Positions 19,496 to 29,101 are shown, counted from the stretch's first letter. The stretch: 60,804 nucleotides of DNA from Candidatus Bathyarchaeota archaeon (GCA_003601835.1 PIYB01000002.1:1-60804), one strand, 5' to 3'. Notes: generated from the letters alone by a model not told the origin. Numbers and translations are program-made.

Positions 19496-20641
19496 CTAGA
19501 TTCCCGTGTTCCTCACTTTAACCCAAGCTGTGAAGATTGCTTCCATCACTTCTCCCTTTAACGGTTTCAGTATAGGCACGTTTATCTCGTATTGAACGCC
19601 GTTCGAAGGATTAAACAAGCTTCTGTCTAGAGGGACGCTGGAGATTGCAGGTCTGAAACCGTGTTTCTGCGCTAGGTCTTGGATGTCGGGTTTAAGCAGG
19701 AAGAAAAGATACTGTCCCGCCGCGAATCTTTGCCAGTGATCAACCCACGTTGCGTTCAATATTACGAACGGATGGTCAGCCATCAGCGTCCCTTTTTTCG
19801 GATATATGGCGACGAGGGGGTCATTCCATTTTTTGAGCGCCTTCAACGAGTTGTCAATTATTACGTTCTCGTATATTCCGAAGAACTGTATGGCGTCAGG
19901 TCCGTTTTCAGCTGCCCAGGCGCCGAAGAAACCGGTGCTTTTTCCGTAGTATATGGCTTTGGACTCAATTGTTCTCACTATTTGGATAACGGTCTCGTTC
20001 TTCAGGTCTTCAACTGTTAAGTCTTCAGGTTTCTTGCCTGCTGCTTCAGCGAACTCCAACAGTACGGTCATTGTACCTCCGTTGCTTAGCAGCGGATCTG
20101 GATGTCCATATTTGAAGTCAACCCCTTCCTTGGCGAGTTCGTACAGGTCCATGAACCCCGTTACTTGCCGTTGTTCAATGAATGAACCCCACCCGGCTAA
20201 AACTATGGGAGAAAGGACAAGAGGAGTCCAATCCACGGCAATGTCGTAATTGTTTCCGGTGATGGCGCGCCATTTAGTGTTCAGATACGGAATCCAGATG
20301 CTTGCAGCTGGGCTCCAGACTGTCGGCCTCTCGCTTCCGTCCAGTATTCGGTTAACGGTGTCATGTGTTCCCGTTACGACAAGTCTAACGTGAACTGTTA
20401 TCCCAAAAATCTGTTTGAACCAAGCTTCAAACCTTGGGGTAACCTCTTCTATCCATCCCTGTTTTTCGCTTGTGTAGAGAAACTCAAACTCGATCTCGGT
20501 CGGCATCCCCTCAGTTGAGGCTTGTGGACGTATACCTGAATAAAGCGTGGCGATCAAGCTGAACGCCATGAACCCTATCAGTATCCCCGTTAGAAGTAGC
20601 AGATATCCGCGTCTTACGAACAGCATGTCACTTCCCTTCAA
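19496..20641 (-). CDS. membrane-anchored extracellular solute-binding protein, ligand unknown
   Basis: N-terminal TM helix followed by a periplasmic-binding-protein-like fold (WSPAASIW..., HPDPLLSNGG). First gene of the ABC locus. Confidence 0.65.
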   Translation of the reverse strand: MKGSDMLFVRRGYLLLLTGILIGFMAFSLIATLYSGIRPQASTEGMPTEIEFEFLYTSEKQGWIEEVTPRFEAWFKQIFGITVHVRLVVTGTHDTVNRILDGSERPTVWSPAASIWIPYLNTKWRAITGNNYDIAVDWTPLVLSPIVLAGWGSFIEQRQVTGFMDLYELAKEGVDFKYGHPDPLLSNGGTMTVLLEFAEAAGKKPEDLTVEDLKNETVIQIVRTIESKAIYYGKSTGFFGAWAAENGPDAIQFFGIYENVIIDNSLKALKKWNDPLVAIYPKKGTLMADHPFVILNATWVDHWQRFAAGQYLFFLLKPDIQDLAQKHGFRPAISSVPLDRSLFNPSNGVQYEINVPILKPLKGEVMEAIFTAWVKVRNTGI

Positions 20642-20791
20642 CCTTGTGGCTAAACGATGTTTCCTCTCCGTTATTCCCCAACGGCTCTTCTAAAGTTTCA
20701 GTTTCTAAAGTTATCAGAGTAGATATATACTTTATCGGAAGGGACATTCATAATTATTCCCAGTTCAGCTGCTTGATTGAGACTGTTTAGC

Positions 20792-21181
20792 ATGATCTTG
20801 AACGTTAAAGGGAAGGTTTCAAAGGGACGCAGCGAAGGAAGCAAGTTCACCATGCTTCCCTGGGTTGTAGAACGCGTCAAAGAAAAGTTAGGGTTCAAAC
20901 CGTATCCTGGCACACTGAACCTTCTATTAGCCCCGGACAACCAGTTAAGTGTCCTATTGAAAAAGTTCAGAGGTTGGAAGATACCGGCACAGAAAGGCTA
21001 TTTTTCAGGAAGATTTTACCGGGCGTTGGTGATGAACCGTGTCGCCGGCGCCGTTGTCAGACCGGATGTGCCCGGCTACCCGGAAAATGTTGTGGAGATT
21101 GTGGCGCCCGTCTGTTTACGTGACCTGTTCGGTTTAAAAGATGGGGATGCTGTAACAGTCAAGATATGGCTGGAAAAATAA
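20792..21181 (+). CDS. ribK: CTP-dependent riboflavin kinase (archaeal RibK)
   Basis: GKVSKGRSEGSKF, YPGTLNL and VVEIVAP are archaeal RibK motifs. The track ORF starts at TTG 20777; ATG is at 20792. Confidence 0.8.
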   Translation: MILNVKGKVSKGRSEGSKFTMLPWVVERVKEKLGFKPYPGTLNLLLAPDNQLSVLLKKFRGWKIPAQKGYFSGRFYRALVMNRVAGAVVRPDVPGYPENVVEIVAPVCLRDLFGLKDGDAVTVKIWLEK

Positions 21182-21216
21182 CGAGAAAAATTGATGTTTT
21201 ACTCAGCACGCGGGTT

Positions 21217-22308
21217 TCAGCGGTCCCGTTTTCCTTGAATGAACTCTTCGACCAGCCTTTTTGCGGTGGAGTCTTCGAACTGCTTAGGTGGATGTTTAAA
21301 CGCGTATGAAGACATGCTTATCAGCGGACCGGCAATTCCTCTGTCCAGCGCAATCTTCACGGCGCGTATTACGTCTATTACAACTCCAGCGCTGTTAGGT
21401 GAGTCTTCCACCTCAAGCTTCGCAAGGATTGTTACCGGCTGGTTGCCGAATTTCCTGCCTTTAACATAGACGTAACAGATTTTTTTGTCACCTAAGAAAG
21501 GCACGTAGTCTGAAGGACCGATTCTCGTCGGAACATCGTATGGAACCATGCTCGTAACAGCTTCAGTTTTGCTGACACGTTTCGTTTTAAGCCTCTCTTC
21601 AACTGTCATGTTCTGAAAATCCGTGTTGCCGCCCAGATTCAGCTGATATGTTTCGTCAACCATTATCCCCCGGTCTACACACAGTCGTACCAAGGTCCTA
21701 TGAAGAATTGTAGCTCCTAGCTGGCTTTTCACGTCGTCTCCAGCAACAGGAATCCCGGATTTCTCGAATTTGGCAGCCCAAGATTTGTCGCTTGCGATGA
21801 ACTCTGGGATGCAGTTGACGAAGGCGCATCCGGCGTCAAGGGCTGCCTGTGCATAGAATCTTGTTGCTTTGCGGCTGCCGACGGGAAGGAAGTTAACGAG
21901 CATGTCTGCTTTTGTTTCTTTCAAAACTGATGCAACATCTTCCGGTTGGTTTTCTTCGTATGCTTTGAAGGGGTTGTTCATGTGGGGTGCAACGCCGTCC
22001 AGTTTAGGTCCAGCGTACACCTTTGCTCCTAGCTTGGGCAGGGAATCAACGAATCTTGAGCAGCTGTTTGGTTCTGCGAAGATGGCTTCGCTTAGGTCTT
22101 TGCCTATTTTGAGTTTGTTCACGTCGAAGGCGGCTACAAACTTGATGTCTCGAACGTGGTAGTCACCGAATTTCACGTGCATTAAACCGGGAACAATATC
22201 TGCTTCTTTTGCGTCGCGGTAATAGTGTACTCCTTGAACAAGCGCTGAAGCACAGTTACCGACGCCAGCTATCGCCACCCGTATTTTAGCCATGACATCA
22301 ACAACCAT
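21217..22308 (-). CDS. myo-inositol-1-phosphate synthase (archaeal short type)
   Basis: IRVAIAGVGNCASALVQG, SQLGATILHRTL and NLGGNTDF. 363 aa. An alternative ATG at 22293 gives MAKIRV. Confidence 0.9.
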   Translation of the reverse strand: MVVDVMAKIRVAIAGVGNCASALVQGVHYYRDAKEADIVPGLMHVKFGDYHVRDIKFVAAFDVNKLKIGKDLSEAIFAEPNSCSRFVDSLPKLGAKVYAGPKLDGVAPHMNNPFKAYEENQPEDVASVLKETKADMLVNFLPVGSRKATRFYAQAALDAGCAFVNCIPEFIASDKSWAAKFEKSGIPVAGDDVKSQLGATILHRTLVRLCVDRGIMVDETYQLNLGGNTDFQNMTVEERLKTKRVSKTEAVTSMVPYDVPTRIGPSDYVPFLGDKKICYVYVKGRKFGNQPVTILAKLEVEDSPNSAGVVIDVIRAVKIALDRGIAGPLISMSSYAFKHPPKQFEDSTAKRLVEEFIQGKRDR

Positions 22309-22483
22309 TGAAACTTTGGAGAAACATCCGCGGCTTAGGTATATAAATCATATCACGCATCCACAGTTCAACCGGCTTTCTCGGAACAGAGATTTGCACG
22401 GCATGAAAACTTGGAAACATACAAATATGAGCTGTGAAAAATCCTGTTCCATGCCGGAGGATAGATGTGCCGGTTAAGCATGT

Positions 22484-24265
22484 ATGAGAATGGTGGAAAC
22501 CAAGATGAAAGAATATTCTTTGGGAACATGGGACCTGTCTTGTCTTGCTCCACATCATGAATCATCCGCTTTTAGGGAGAAACTGAAGGAGATCGAAGAA
22601 AAGGTCGACGAGTTCGAGAAGAAAAAAAGCCTTTTGAAGAATGATATACCTTCAGAAGATTTTTACGGAATTGTCCGACTTTGCGAAGAATTATCTGAAG
22701 AAATGTCGAAGATCGGTCATTACGCGCATCTTCTCTTCGCATCGGACACGTCAAACCCTAAGGTTCGTTCGCTCCTAGCGAAGGTGGACGAGTTCAACGC
22801 TAAGATTGCGAACAAAACCTTGTTCTTCAATTTATGGTGGAAGAAGGGCATCGATGAACAGAACGCTCAAAGGCTGCTGAGAGACGCGGGGCAGCTCAGG
22901 CATTATTTGGCTCGTCAACGTGAACTTGCAAGGTACGCGCTTTCGGAGCCGGAGGAGAAGATAATTAACATAAAAGATGTGACCGGGGTCGGCTTCATCA
23001 GGAAACTTTATGATCAGTACACTGAACGGTTTGTCTTCCAGATAACGGTTGACGGAAAGAAAAAGAAGTTTCTCAAACCTCAAATTGTGTCTCTTTTTCA
23101 CAGTCCTGACCCGGACAAAAGAAGAGCAGCATACCGGTCGCTGCTTAAGGTTTACGGGGCAAACGAGGATGTTCTAGGTGAGATTTACAGAACAGTCGTC
23201 CTCGACTGGAAGAACGAAGCCGTAGACCTCAGAGGCTATGATTCACCGATCTCCGTTCGCAACGTTTTGAACGATGTTTCAGACGAAACTGTTGAAACTC
23301 TTCTGAACGTTTGCAGAAAGAACCGAACCGTTTTTCAGAGATACTTCAAGGCGAAAGCCAAACTTCTAGGCATGAAAAAGATGAGCCGATACCACATATA
23401 TGCCCCTATCAGCGCTGAGGAGAAGGAATATCCGTTTCCGGAAGCCGTAAAACTCGTATTGAACGCCCTTAAAGGGTTCTCGCCGGAAATAGCGGAGTTG
23501 GCTGAAAAAGTCTTACGGGAGAACCATCTTGACTCACAGGTTAGAAAAGGCAAGCGGGGCGGAGCCTTCTGCGCCACAGCTTCGCCGAGCATCACGCCTT
23601 TTGTGCTTGTAAACTATACTGGAAAACAAAGCGACGTGTTCACTCTTGCTCACGAGCTAGGTCACGCGGTGCACAGTTTGTTGGCGGCGGACAAGTCAAT
23701 CCTTGTTCAACATGCGCCGCTTCCATTAGCAGAGTTAGCATCAATTTTCTCCGAAATGGTTCTAACGGAAAGACTTTACGAAACGGCTTCACGGGAAGAA
23801 AAGGTGTACCTGATAGCGAGACAGCTTGACGACATGTACGCAACCATAATGAGGCAAGCATACTTCACAGTCTTCGAAAAGGACGCTCACAAAACCATAG
23901 CGGAAGGAGCCACAGTAAACGAGGTTTCAGACATCTACTACAGAAACCTAAAGGAACAGTTCGGCACAGCGCTCTGGCTGCCTGAAAACTTCAGATACGA
24001 ATGGACATACATACCGCATTTTTATCATACGCCGTTTTACACCTACGCATACTCGTTCGGCAACCTGTTAACCGTCGCCGTCTACCAAAAATACCTGAAA
24101 GACAGAACATTCGTTAACCAATACATTAAAATTCTCTCAGCAGGCGGATCAGAAAACCCTGAAGAACTCCTCAAAAAAGCCGACATCAACGTAAAATCCG
24201 AACAGTTCTGGCAAACAGGATTCGACTACATACAAAAAAGAACAGAAGAACTAGAAAAACTCTAA
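22484..24265 (+). CDS. pepF: oligoendopeptidase F (M3B metallopeptidase)
   Basis: HELGHAVH zinc motif plus the usual downstream FSEM context. 593 aa. Confidence 0.9.
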   Translation: MRMVETKMKEYSLGTWDLSCLAPHHESSAFREKLKEIEEKVDEFEKKKSLLKNDIPSEDFYGIVRLCEELSEEMSKIGHYAHLLFASDTSNPKVRSLLAKVDEFNAKIANKTLFFNLWWKKGIDEQNAQRLLRDAGQLRHYLARQRELARYALSEPEEKIINIKDVTGVGFIRKLYDQYTERFVFQITVDGKKKKFLKPQIVSLFHSPDPDKRRAAYRSLLKVYGANEDVLGEIYRTVVLDWKNEAVDLRGYDSPISVRNVLNDVSDETVETLLNVCRKNRTVFQRYFKAKAKLLGMKKMSRYHIYAPISAEEKEYPFPEAVKLVLNALKGFSPEIAELAEKVLRENHLDSQVRKGKRGGAFCATASPSITPFVLVNYTGKQSDVFTLAHELGHAVHSLLAADKSILVQHAPLPLAELASIFSEMVLTERLYETASREEKVYLIARQLDDMYATIMRQAYFTVFEKDAHKTIAEGATVNEVSDIYYRNLKEQFGTALWLPENFRYEWTYIPHFYHTPFYTYAYSFGNLLTVAVYQKYLKDRTFVNQYIKILSAGGSENPEELLKKADINVKSEQFWQTGFDYIQKRTEELEKL

Positions 24266-24351
24266 GCTGGTTCTGAAACATGCTTATAGAATGATGGGAA
24301 AGGAAGGCTAGAAAACGAAAGAAATCGTTAGAGTCTTTCTTTTCTTTATAT

Positions 24352-24420
24352 AGGAAACGAAAGAATTCCAAAGAACATTTATATAGAAAAATTTTTTTTC
24401 TCCGGGCGCACCGCGCATGA
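24352..24420 (-). repeat. copy A of a 66-69 nt repeat with a BRE/TATA-like core (inverted relative to copy B at 29506..29571)
   Basis: The reverse complement reads tcatgcgcggtgcgcccggag-a8-t5-ctatataaatgttctttggaattctttcgtttcct. My hand alignment to copy B gives 59 identical of 69 columns. Extra copies of the 17-mer GAAAACGAAAGAAATCS lie at 24311..24327, with a looser one at 24436..24459. Confidence 0.7.
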
Positions 24421-24510
24421 AAAAACATTGTTGTGAAGAAAAACGAAAAAAGGAAATTCATACAAGTCTTTAGAGGATAAGCAAGTTTAATGTCTGAGGG
24501 AGTCTAGGGA

Positions 24511-25167
24511 TTGCAGGATGAGAAGTCGGAGCTGAAAGAAAGGGTTGCTAAGATACTTGAGCTTTTAGAGAAAGAGCATCCGGACGCAAAGATCGTCTTA
24601 AGGTTCAGTAACCCCCTTGAGCTTTTGGTGGCAACAATCCTCGCAGCACAATGCACAGACGCAAAAGTCAACGAAGTAACCAAAACTCTTTTCCAGAAAT
24701 ACCGTGCTGCCGAAGACTACGCAAACGCGGATTTAGCCACGCTTGAAAAAGATATCAAGCCAACAGGGTTTTACAAAAAGAAAGCCAAACGGCTGAAAGA
24801 CGTATGCAGAATTCTCGTCGAAAAATTCAACTCGCAAGTTCCAAAGACAATGGAGGAACTGTTGAGCCTACCCGGGGTCGCACGGAAAACAGCCAACATC
24901 GTGCTTTCAAACGCCTACGGAATCGTCGAAGGAATAACCGTTGACACCCATGTTTTAAGACTCTCTAGAAGACTGGGACTTACAAAAAGCAAAACCCGGG
25001 ACAAGATAGAAAGAGACCTCATGGAGATCGTTCCAAGAGAAAAATGGGCAAGGTTTTCAGATCTCCTCATTTTCCATGGACGCCGCGTCTGTGACGCGAA
25101 GAAACCAAACTGCAGCGAATGCGTTCTGAACAATATTTGTCCCTCTGCTTTTTCCTTCGGCTCCTAA
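24511..25167 (+). CDS. nth: endonuclease III
   Basis: LLVATILAAQCTD, the HhH-GPD segment LPGVARKTANIV, and the C-terminal Cx6CxxCx5C Fe-S motif. TTG start. Confidence 0.9.
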   Translation: MQDEKSELKERVAKILELLEKEHPDAKIVLRFSNPLELLVATILAAQCTDAKVNEVTKTLFQKYRAAEDYANADLATLEKDIKPTGFYKKKAKRLKDVCRILVEKFNSQVPKTMEELLSLPGVARKTANIVLSNAYGIVEGITVDTHVLRLSRRLGLTKSKTRDKIERDLMEIVPREKWARFSDLLIFHGRRVCDAKKPNCSECVLNNICPSAFSFGS

Positions 25168-25294
25168 CAGGCAACAGAATAAAATAGAATAAGCCAAATC
25201 AACCATTCTAGCAGCAGAACACTTTTGGGAACAGAAAAACAGCGGAAACGCCACAGGGTTCCCGCAAGAAAACTTTTCAGAAGAAGCTTTTTTG

Positions 25295-27091
25295 TCAAAG
25301 CATGTACGCTTCAGTTACATATCTCCGCATCATCCGGTGACTGTTAAAGTAATAAGCAACCTTACCGATGGAGTTTTCCATCAGCTCTATCCAAGCATCC
25401 CGCTTCCTGTAATACGTGGGGATAACTATGTACTCAAGCTTGTTGTATAAATCCTTCAATTCCCGCGCTCTTCTCTCCTCTTCACTCATCTGTTCATGCG
25501 GAGACGGCCCAATCGCCCAGCCAGTTACACCTTCGATGCAGCCTTCCACCCACCAACCATCTAACACACTGAAGTTTACAACACCATTATGCGCCGCCTT
25601 CATTCCGCTGGTGCCCGAAGCCTCAAAAGGAGGCAACGGTGTGTTAAGCCAAACATCAACCCCTGAAGTAAGCTTGGCAGCCATCTCAATATTATAGTTT
25701 TCCAAATAGGCAATCTTGATCTCGCCCTTCAGATACTCCTTGTAATGGTAAATCTTCTTGATCAAACTCTTCCCAAGAAGATCCTTCGGATGCGCCTTCC
25801 CCGCAAAAATCAGCTGAATCCGCCCTTTCTTGTTAATCTCCCTAAGCCGCTCCAAGTCCGAGAATATCAAGGTTGCTCTCTTGTAAGCGGTAGCCCTCCT
25901 AGCAAAGCCTATCGTCAACGTTTCAAGATCCATATCTATCCCCGTTTTTTCGTTCACGAAATCTATCAAGTCTTTTTTCGCCTTCAAATGAGCGTCCCAC
26001 GTCTCATCGTTAGGAATGCCTTCCACCCTCACTAGGAGCTCTGGTTCATTCACCCATCCCGGAATATACTTGTCAAAGAGCTCCCGGAAATATTTGCAGG
26101 TCCACATGTACGAGTGAACACCGTTGGTTATCGCCCAAATATGGTGACCGGGGAAAAGCTTCCGAGAGAACTCCATGTGCGCCTTGGTTACGCCATTGAT
26201 GTACTTGCTCAGGTTCAAGGCTAGAAGCGTCATGTTAAGCCGGTCTCTTCCACCTTGCTCCTTCAAGACCTCTATTGCAAACTCGTCCGCCAACAGCTCC
26301 TCAACAAGATCATACGAAAACTTGTCGAAAGCGGCTTCCACAGGCGTATGCGTTGTGAAGATACACAAATCCCTTACCTTGTCAGGGTTCATGCCGTTCC
26401 AGTTCATCAACTCGAGAGTAAGCAGACTTGAATGCCCCTCGTTCATGTGATACTTGCGAAGATTGAAATCCAAAGCTTTAAGCATCCGTATTCCACCGAT
26501 CCCCAAGACAATCTCCTGCTTCAGCCGGTATCTCTCGTCGCCGCCGTAAAGATAATCAGTGATCGCCCTGTCCTCAGAAGAATTTCCTTCAACATTCGTA
26601 TCAAGAAAAATTACTGAAACCACTCCACCAGTCATGCTTTGATGCTCATAAAGCCAAGATTGAACCTTGACATCTCTACCGCCGATTCGCACGCTTACTT
26701 GAACAGGCATCAAATCCATGAACTCAGAAGGATCCCACTCATCTGGATGTTCAATCTGATCGCCGTCCTCTGTGATTTCCTGTTTCAAGTATCCTTTTCT
26801 ACTAACAAGGGTGACGGCGACCAACGGAATTTTCAGATCGGCACTTGACCGTATAGTGTCTCCCGCCAAAACGCCGAGACCACCACTGTACGTCGGGATC
26901 TCGCTTTTTATACCAACCTCCATCGAAAAGAAGGCAATGTAGGAGCGTTCCAAAAAAATTTGTCTACAATGATCGCTGCAGAAATAGTATGTTCTACCCC
27001 TAATCTCCGTCTTGAACTCAGCCTTTTCAGGGTCAATAGGTACACCACACACGGGGTCCCTTACTACCATTTTGTAGTCCTCCAAACCCAT
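25295..27091 (-). CDS. alpha-glucan (glycogen/maltodextrin) phosphorylase, GT35 short type, with an N-terminal YHS/TRASH domain
   Basis: FSMEVGIKSEIPTYSGGLGVLAGD and EASGTSGMKAAHNGV (PLP lysine) define the phosphorylase. N-terminal DPVCGVPIDPEKAEFKTEIRGRTYYFCSDHCRQIF is a YHS motif. The track ORF extends to 27220; ATG at 27091 or 27070 is more plausible. Confidence 0.85.
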   Translation of the reverse strand: MGLEDYKMVVRDPVCGVPIDPEKAEFKTEIRGRTYYFCSDHCRQIFLERSYIAFFSMEVGIKSEIPTYSGGLGVLAGDTIRSSADLKIPLVAVTLVSRKGYLKQEITEDGDQIEHPDEWDPSEFMDLMPVQVSVRIGGRDVKVQSWLYEHQSMTGGVVSVIFLDTNVEGNSSEDRAITDYLYGGDERYRLKQEIVLGIGGIRMLKALDFNLRKYHMNEGHSSLLTLELMNWNGMNPDKVRDLCIFTTHTPVEAAFDKFSYDLVEELLADEFAIEVLKEQGGRDRLNMTLLALNLSKYINGVTKAHMEFSRKLFPGHHIWAITNGVHSYMWTCKYFRELFDKYIPGWVNEPELLVRVEGIPNDETWDAHLKAKKDLIDFVNEKTGIDMDLETLTIGFARRATAYKRATLIFSDLERLREINKKGRIQLIFAGKAHPKDLLGKSLIKKIYHYKEYLKGEIKIAYLENYNIEMAAKLTSGVDVWLNTPLPPFEASGTSGMKAAHNGVVNFSVLDGWWVEGCIEGVTGWAIGPSPHEQMSEEERRARELKDLYNKLEYIVIPTYYRKRDAWIELMENSIGKVAYYFNSHRMMRRYVTEAYML

Positions 27092-27421
27092 ACAATGAAT
27101 CTCATAAACCCGCCAGCAACCAATGCAACACTGTTTTTGAGCCCTAGGTTCAAATATAACACTCTCCCGTAAATAAGCAATAGTTATGCTATTATTCTTT
27201 ATGAATAAAGAGTCTAACAAAAGAACCCGTGAAAACCACGCTTGAAACAGAATTGTTCAACATCTACAGTTTGCATAAAACAGTGTCATTATTCAACAGC
27301 AACGCGGAACGCATTAATCATTTGTGAAAAAAGGTTTCTGGGAACTTAACGAATCGTGCGCTGTAATCCTTAAATATCTAATAGGTGATACAACAGTGAG
27401 AAATATGCGAGATGATCAAAT

Positions 27422-28180
27422 ATGAGTAAAATCCCTATCGCATTACAACTATATTCTATCCATGAAGATTGCGCCCGAGACCTCCCCGGAACCCTTAAAG
27501 CCGTAGCTGACATGGGCTACGACGGCGTAGAGTTCGCCGGTTACTACGGTAGAACCGCTCAGGAACTTAAGAAGATACTTGATGATTTAGGATTAAAGGT
27601 GGCGGGAACCCACATCCGCCTTGACGCATTGCTCGGCGATGAACTTGAAAAAACCGTGGAATTCAACAAGATCCTCGGCAACAAGTTCCTCATAGTCTCT
27701 TGGATTCCTGAAGAACGGAGAAACTCGAAAGAAGCATGGATACAAACAGCCAAGTTGATGAGCGAAATCTCTGAACAGGTGAAACCGGAAGGCATGCGCG
27801 TCGGATACCACAACCATGCAGCCGAATTCGTCAAAATAGACGGTGAATTCCCTTGGGATATATTCTTCTCCGCAGCCGCACCAGATGTGGTTATGCAGCT
27901 TGACACAGGGAACGCTATGCACGAAGAGGCTACGGCGGACGATGTTCTTGAGGTTATGAAACGTTATCCAGGTCGCGCCGTCACGGTACACCTCAAAGAA
28001 TATTCAGCAACAAACAAGAAAGCATTGATAGGCGAAGGCGACATGAAATGGAAAGAATTCTTCAACCTATGCGAAACCATAGGAGGAACAGAATGGTACA
28101 TCATCGAACAAGAATCCTACGCCTACCCCCCGCTTGAATGCGTGAAACGATGCCTCGAAAACCTGAAGGAACTACTGTAA
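27422..28180 (+). CDS. sugar phosphate isomerase/epimerase (xylose isomerase-like TIM barrel)
   Basis: YDGVEFAGYYG, GYHNHAAEF, DTGNAMH and WYIIEQE motifs. 252 aa. Confidence 0.8.
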   Translation: MSKIPIALQLYSIHEDCARDLPGTLKAVADMGYDGVEFAGYYGRTAQELKKILDDLGLKVAGTHIRLDALLGDELEKTVEFNKILGNKFLIVSWIPEERRNSKEAWIQTAKLMSEISEQVKPEGMRVGYHNHAAEFVKIDGEFPWDIFFSAAAPDVVMQLDTGNAMHEEATADDVLEVMKRYPGRAVTVHLKEYSATNKKALIGEGDMKWKEFFNLCETIGGTEWYIIEQESYAYPPLECVKRCLENLKELL

Positions 28181-28287
28181 CAGCGCAGCTAAAAACAACC
28201 AATACATACGCCCACAAATTCTATGCTTAACACACAGCGACATGCATACATGATAGCTAAAAAGATGCTAACCCATCGAAAATTGCT

Positions 28288-28364
28288 TGGTGGGCCGGGC
28301 CGGATTTGAACCGGCGATCTTCGCCGCGTGAAGGCGACGTCCTAGCCAGCTAGACTACCGGCCC
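28288..28364 (-). tRNA. tRNA-Val(CAC), CCA encoded, no intron
   Basis: Minus-strand read: GGGCCGG TA GTCTAGCTGGCTAGGAC G TCGCC TTCACGC GGCGA AGAT CGCCGG-TTCAAAT-CCGGC CCGGCCC A CCA. All four stems pair. Confidence 0.9.
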
Positions 28365-28473
28365 GATTTTGTTCTACGATTCTTAAGTTCTCCTTTTCCT
28401 TTATGTTTTTCGCATTTTGTTTCCTGAAGGCTCTTTGCAGCTGAGCCATTATGGGGGAGGAAAAACTTTATAT

Positions 28474-28527
28474 GTTACGTAAACGATATACGTAACTGCA
28501 TTACAATCGGTAAATGGTTTACGTAAT
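28474..28527. promoter_or_regulatory. three TACGTAA boxes around the TATA-like box and start codon of the RHH gene (putative operator)
   Basis: gTTACGTAAac at 28474..28484, aTACGTAAc at 28488..28496 and tTTACGTAAt at 28518..28527. The last overlaps the ATG at 28514. TATA-like ctttatatg lies at 28466..28474. Confidence 0.35.
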
Positions 28528-29101
28528 GAAGGATGCTAAAATGAGCCAAGACGAATGGAAAGACCTGTACAGAGAATCCATCAAACAATGGAAAGAAAAC
28601 TACAAAAGAGCCTTGAAGGAATGGACAGACAGACTTAGAGACTGGAAGCTTCAAGCCAAATCCCGCCTAGCTAAAGGGGATATTCCCCCGTTTCCTCCGT
28701 TGCCTCATGCACCACCCATATCACCCTTGCCCTTGGCGCATGGTGGCAGATCAAACGTCATCGCTTCAAGAATAGGTGACGATGAACTTCAGTCAATTGA
28801 CATGCTGATCGAAGCAGGGCTCTTCAACACACGGTCCGAAGCAGTCGCGTATCTTGTACGAGAAGGAATCAAAGCTCGAAAAGACATACTCGACAAAGTA
28901 GCCTCAGCCCTAGAGGAAATCCGAAGAATACGGAAAGAAGCCGAAAAACACATCTCCAACCTGAAGAAAGAGATCGGTCTCACAGAAACCGAGAAACCTG
29001 AAAACGAAAATGCATGTCCAAAATGCGGCAAAGATCTATCCGACCTGCCGGAAGACATAGCGGTATGCCCTTACTGCGGCACCAAGCTCAACAAAAGCTA
29101 A
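28514..29101 (+). CDS. ribbon-helix-helix (CopG/Arc-like) protein with a coiled-coil segment and a C-terminal zinc ribbon
   Basis: SNVIASRIGDDELQSIDMLIEAGLFNTRSEAVAYLVREGI is an RHH motif. The C-terminus is CPKCG...x16...CPYCG. A Pro-rich linker lies N-terminal to the RHH. Confidence 0.6.
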   Translation: MVYVMKDAKMSQDEWKDLYRESIKQWKENYKRALKEWTDRLRDWKLQAKSRLAKGDIPPFPPLPHAPPISPLPLAHGGRSNVIASRIGDDELQSIDMLIEAGLFNTRSEAVAYLVREGIKARKDILDKVASALEEIRRIRKEAEKHISNLKKEIGLTETEKPENENACPKCGKDLSDLPEDIAVCPYCGTKLNKS

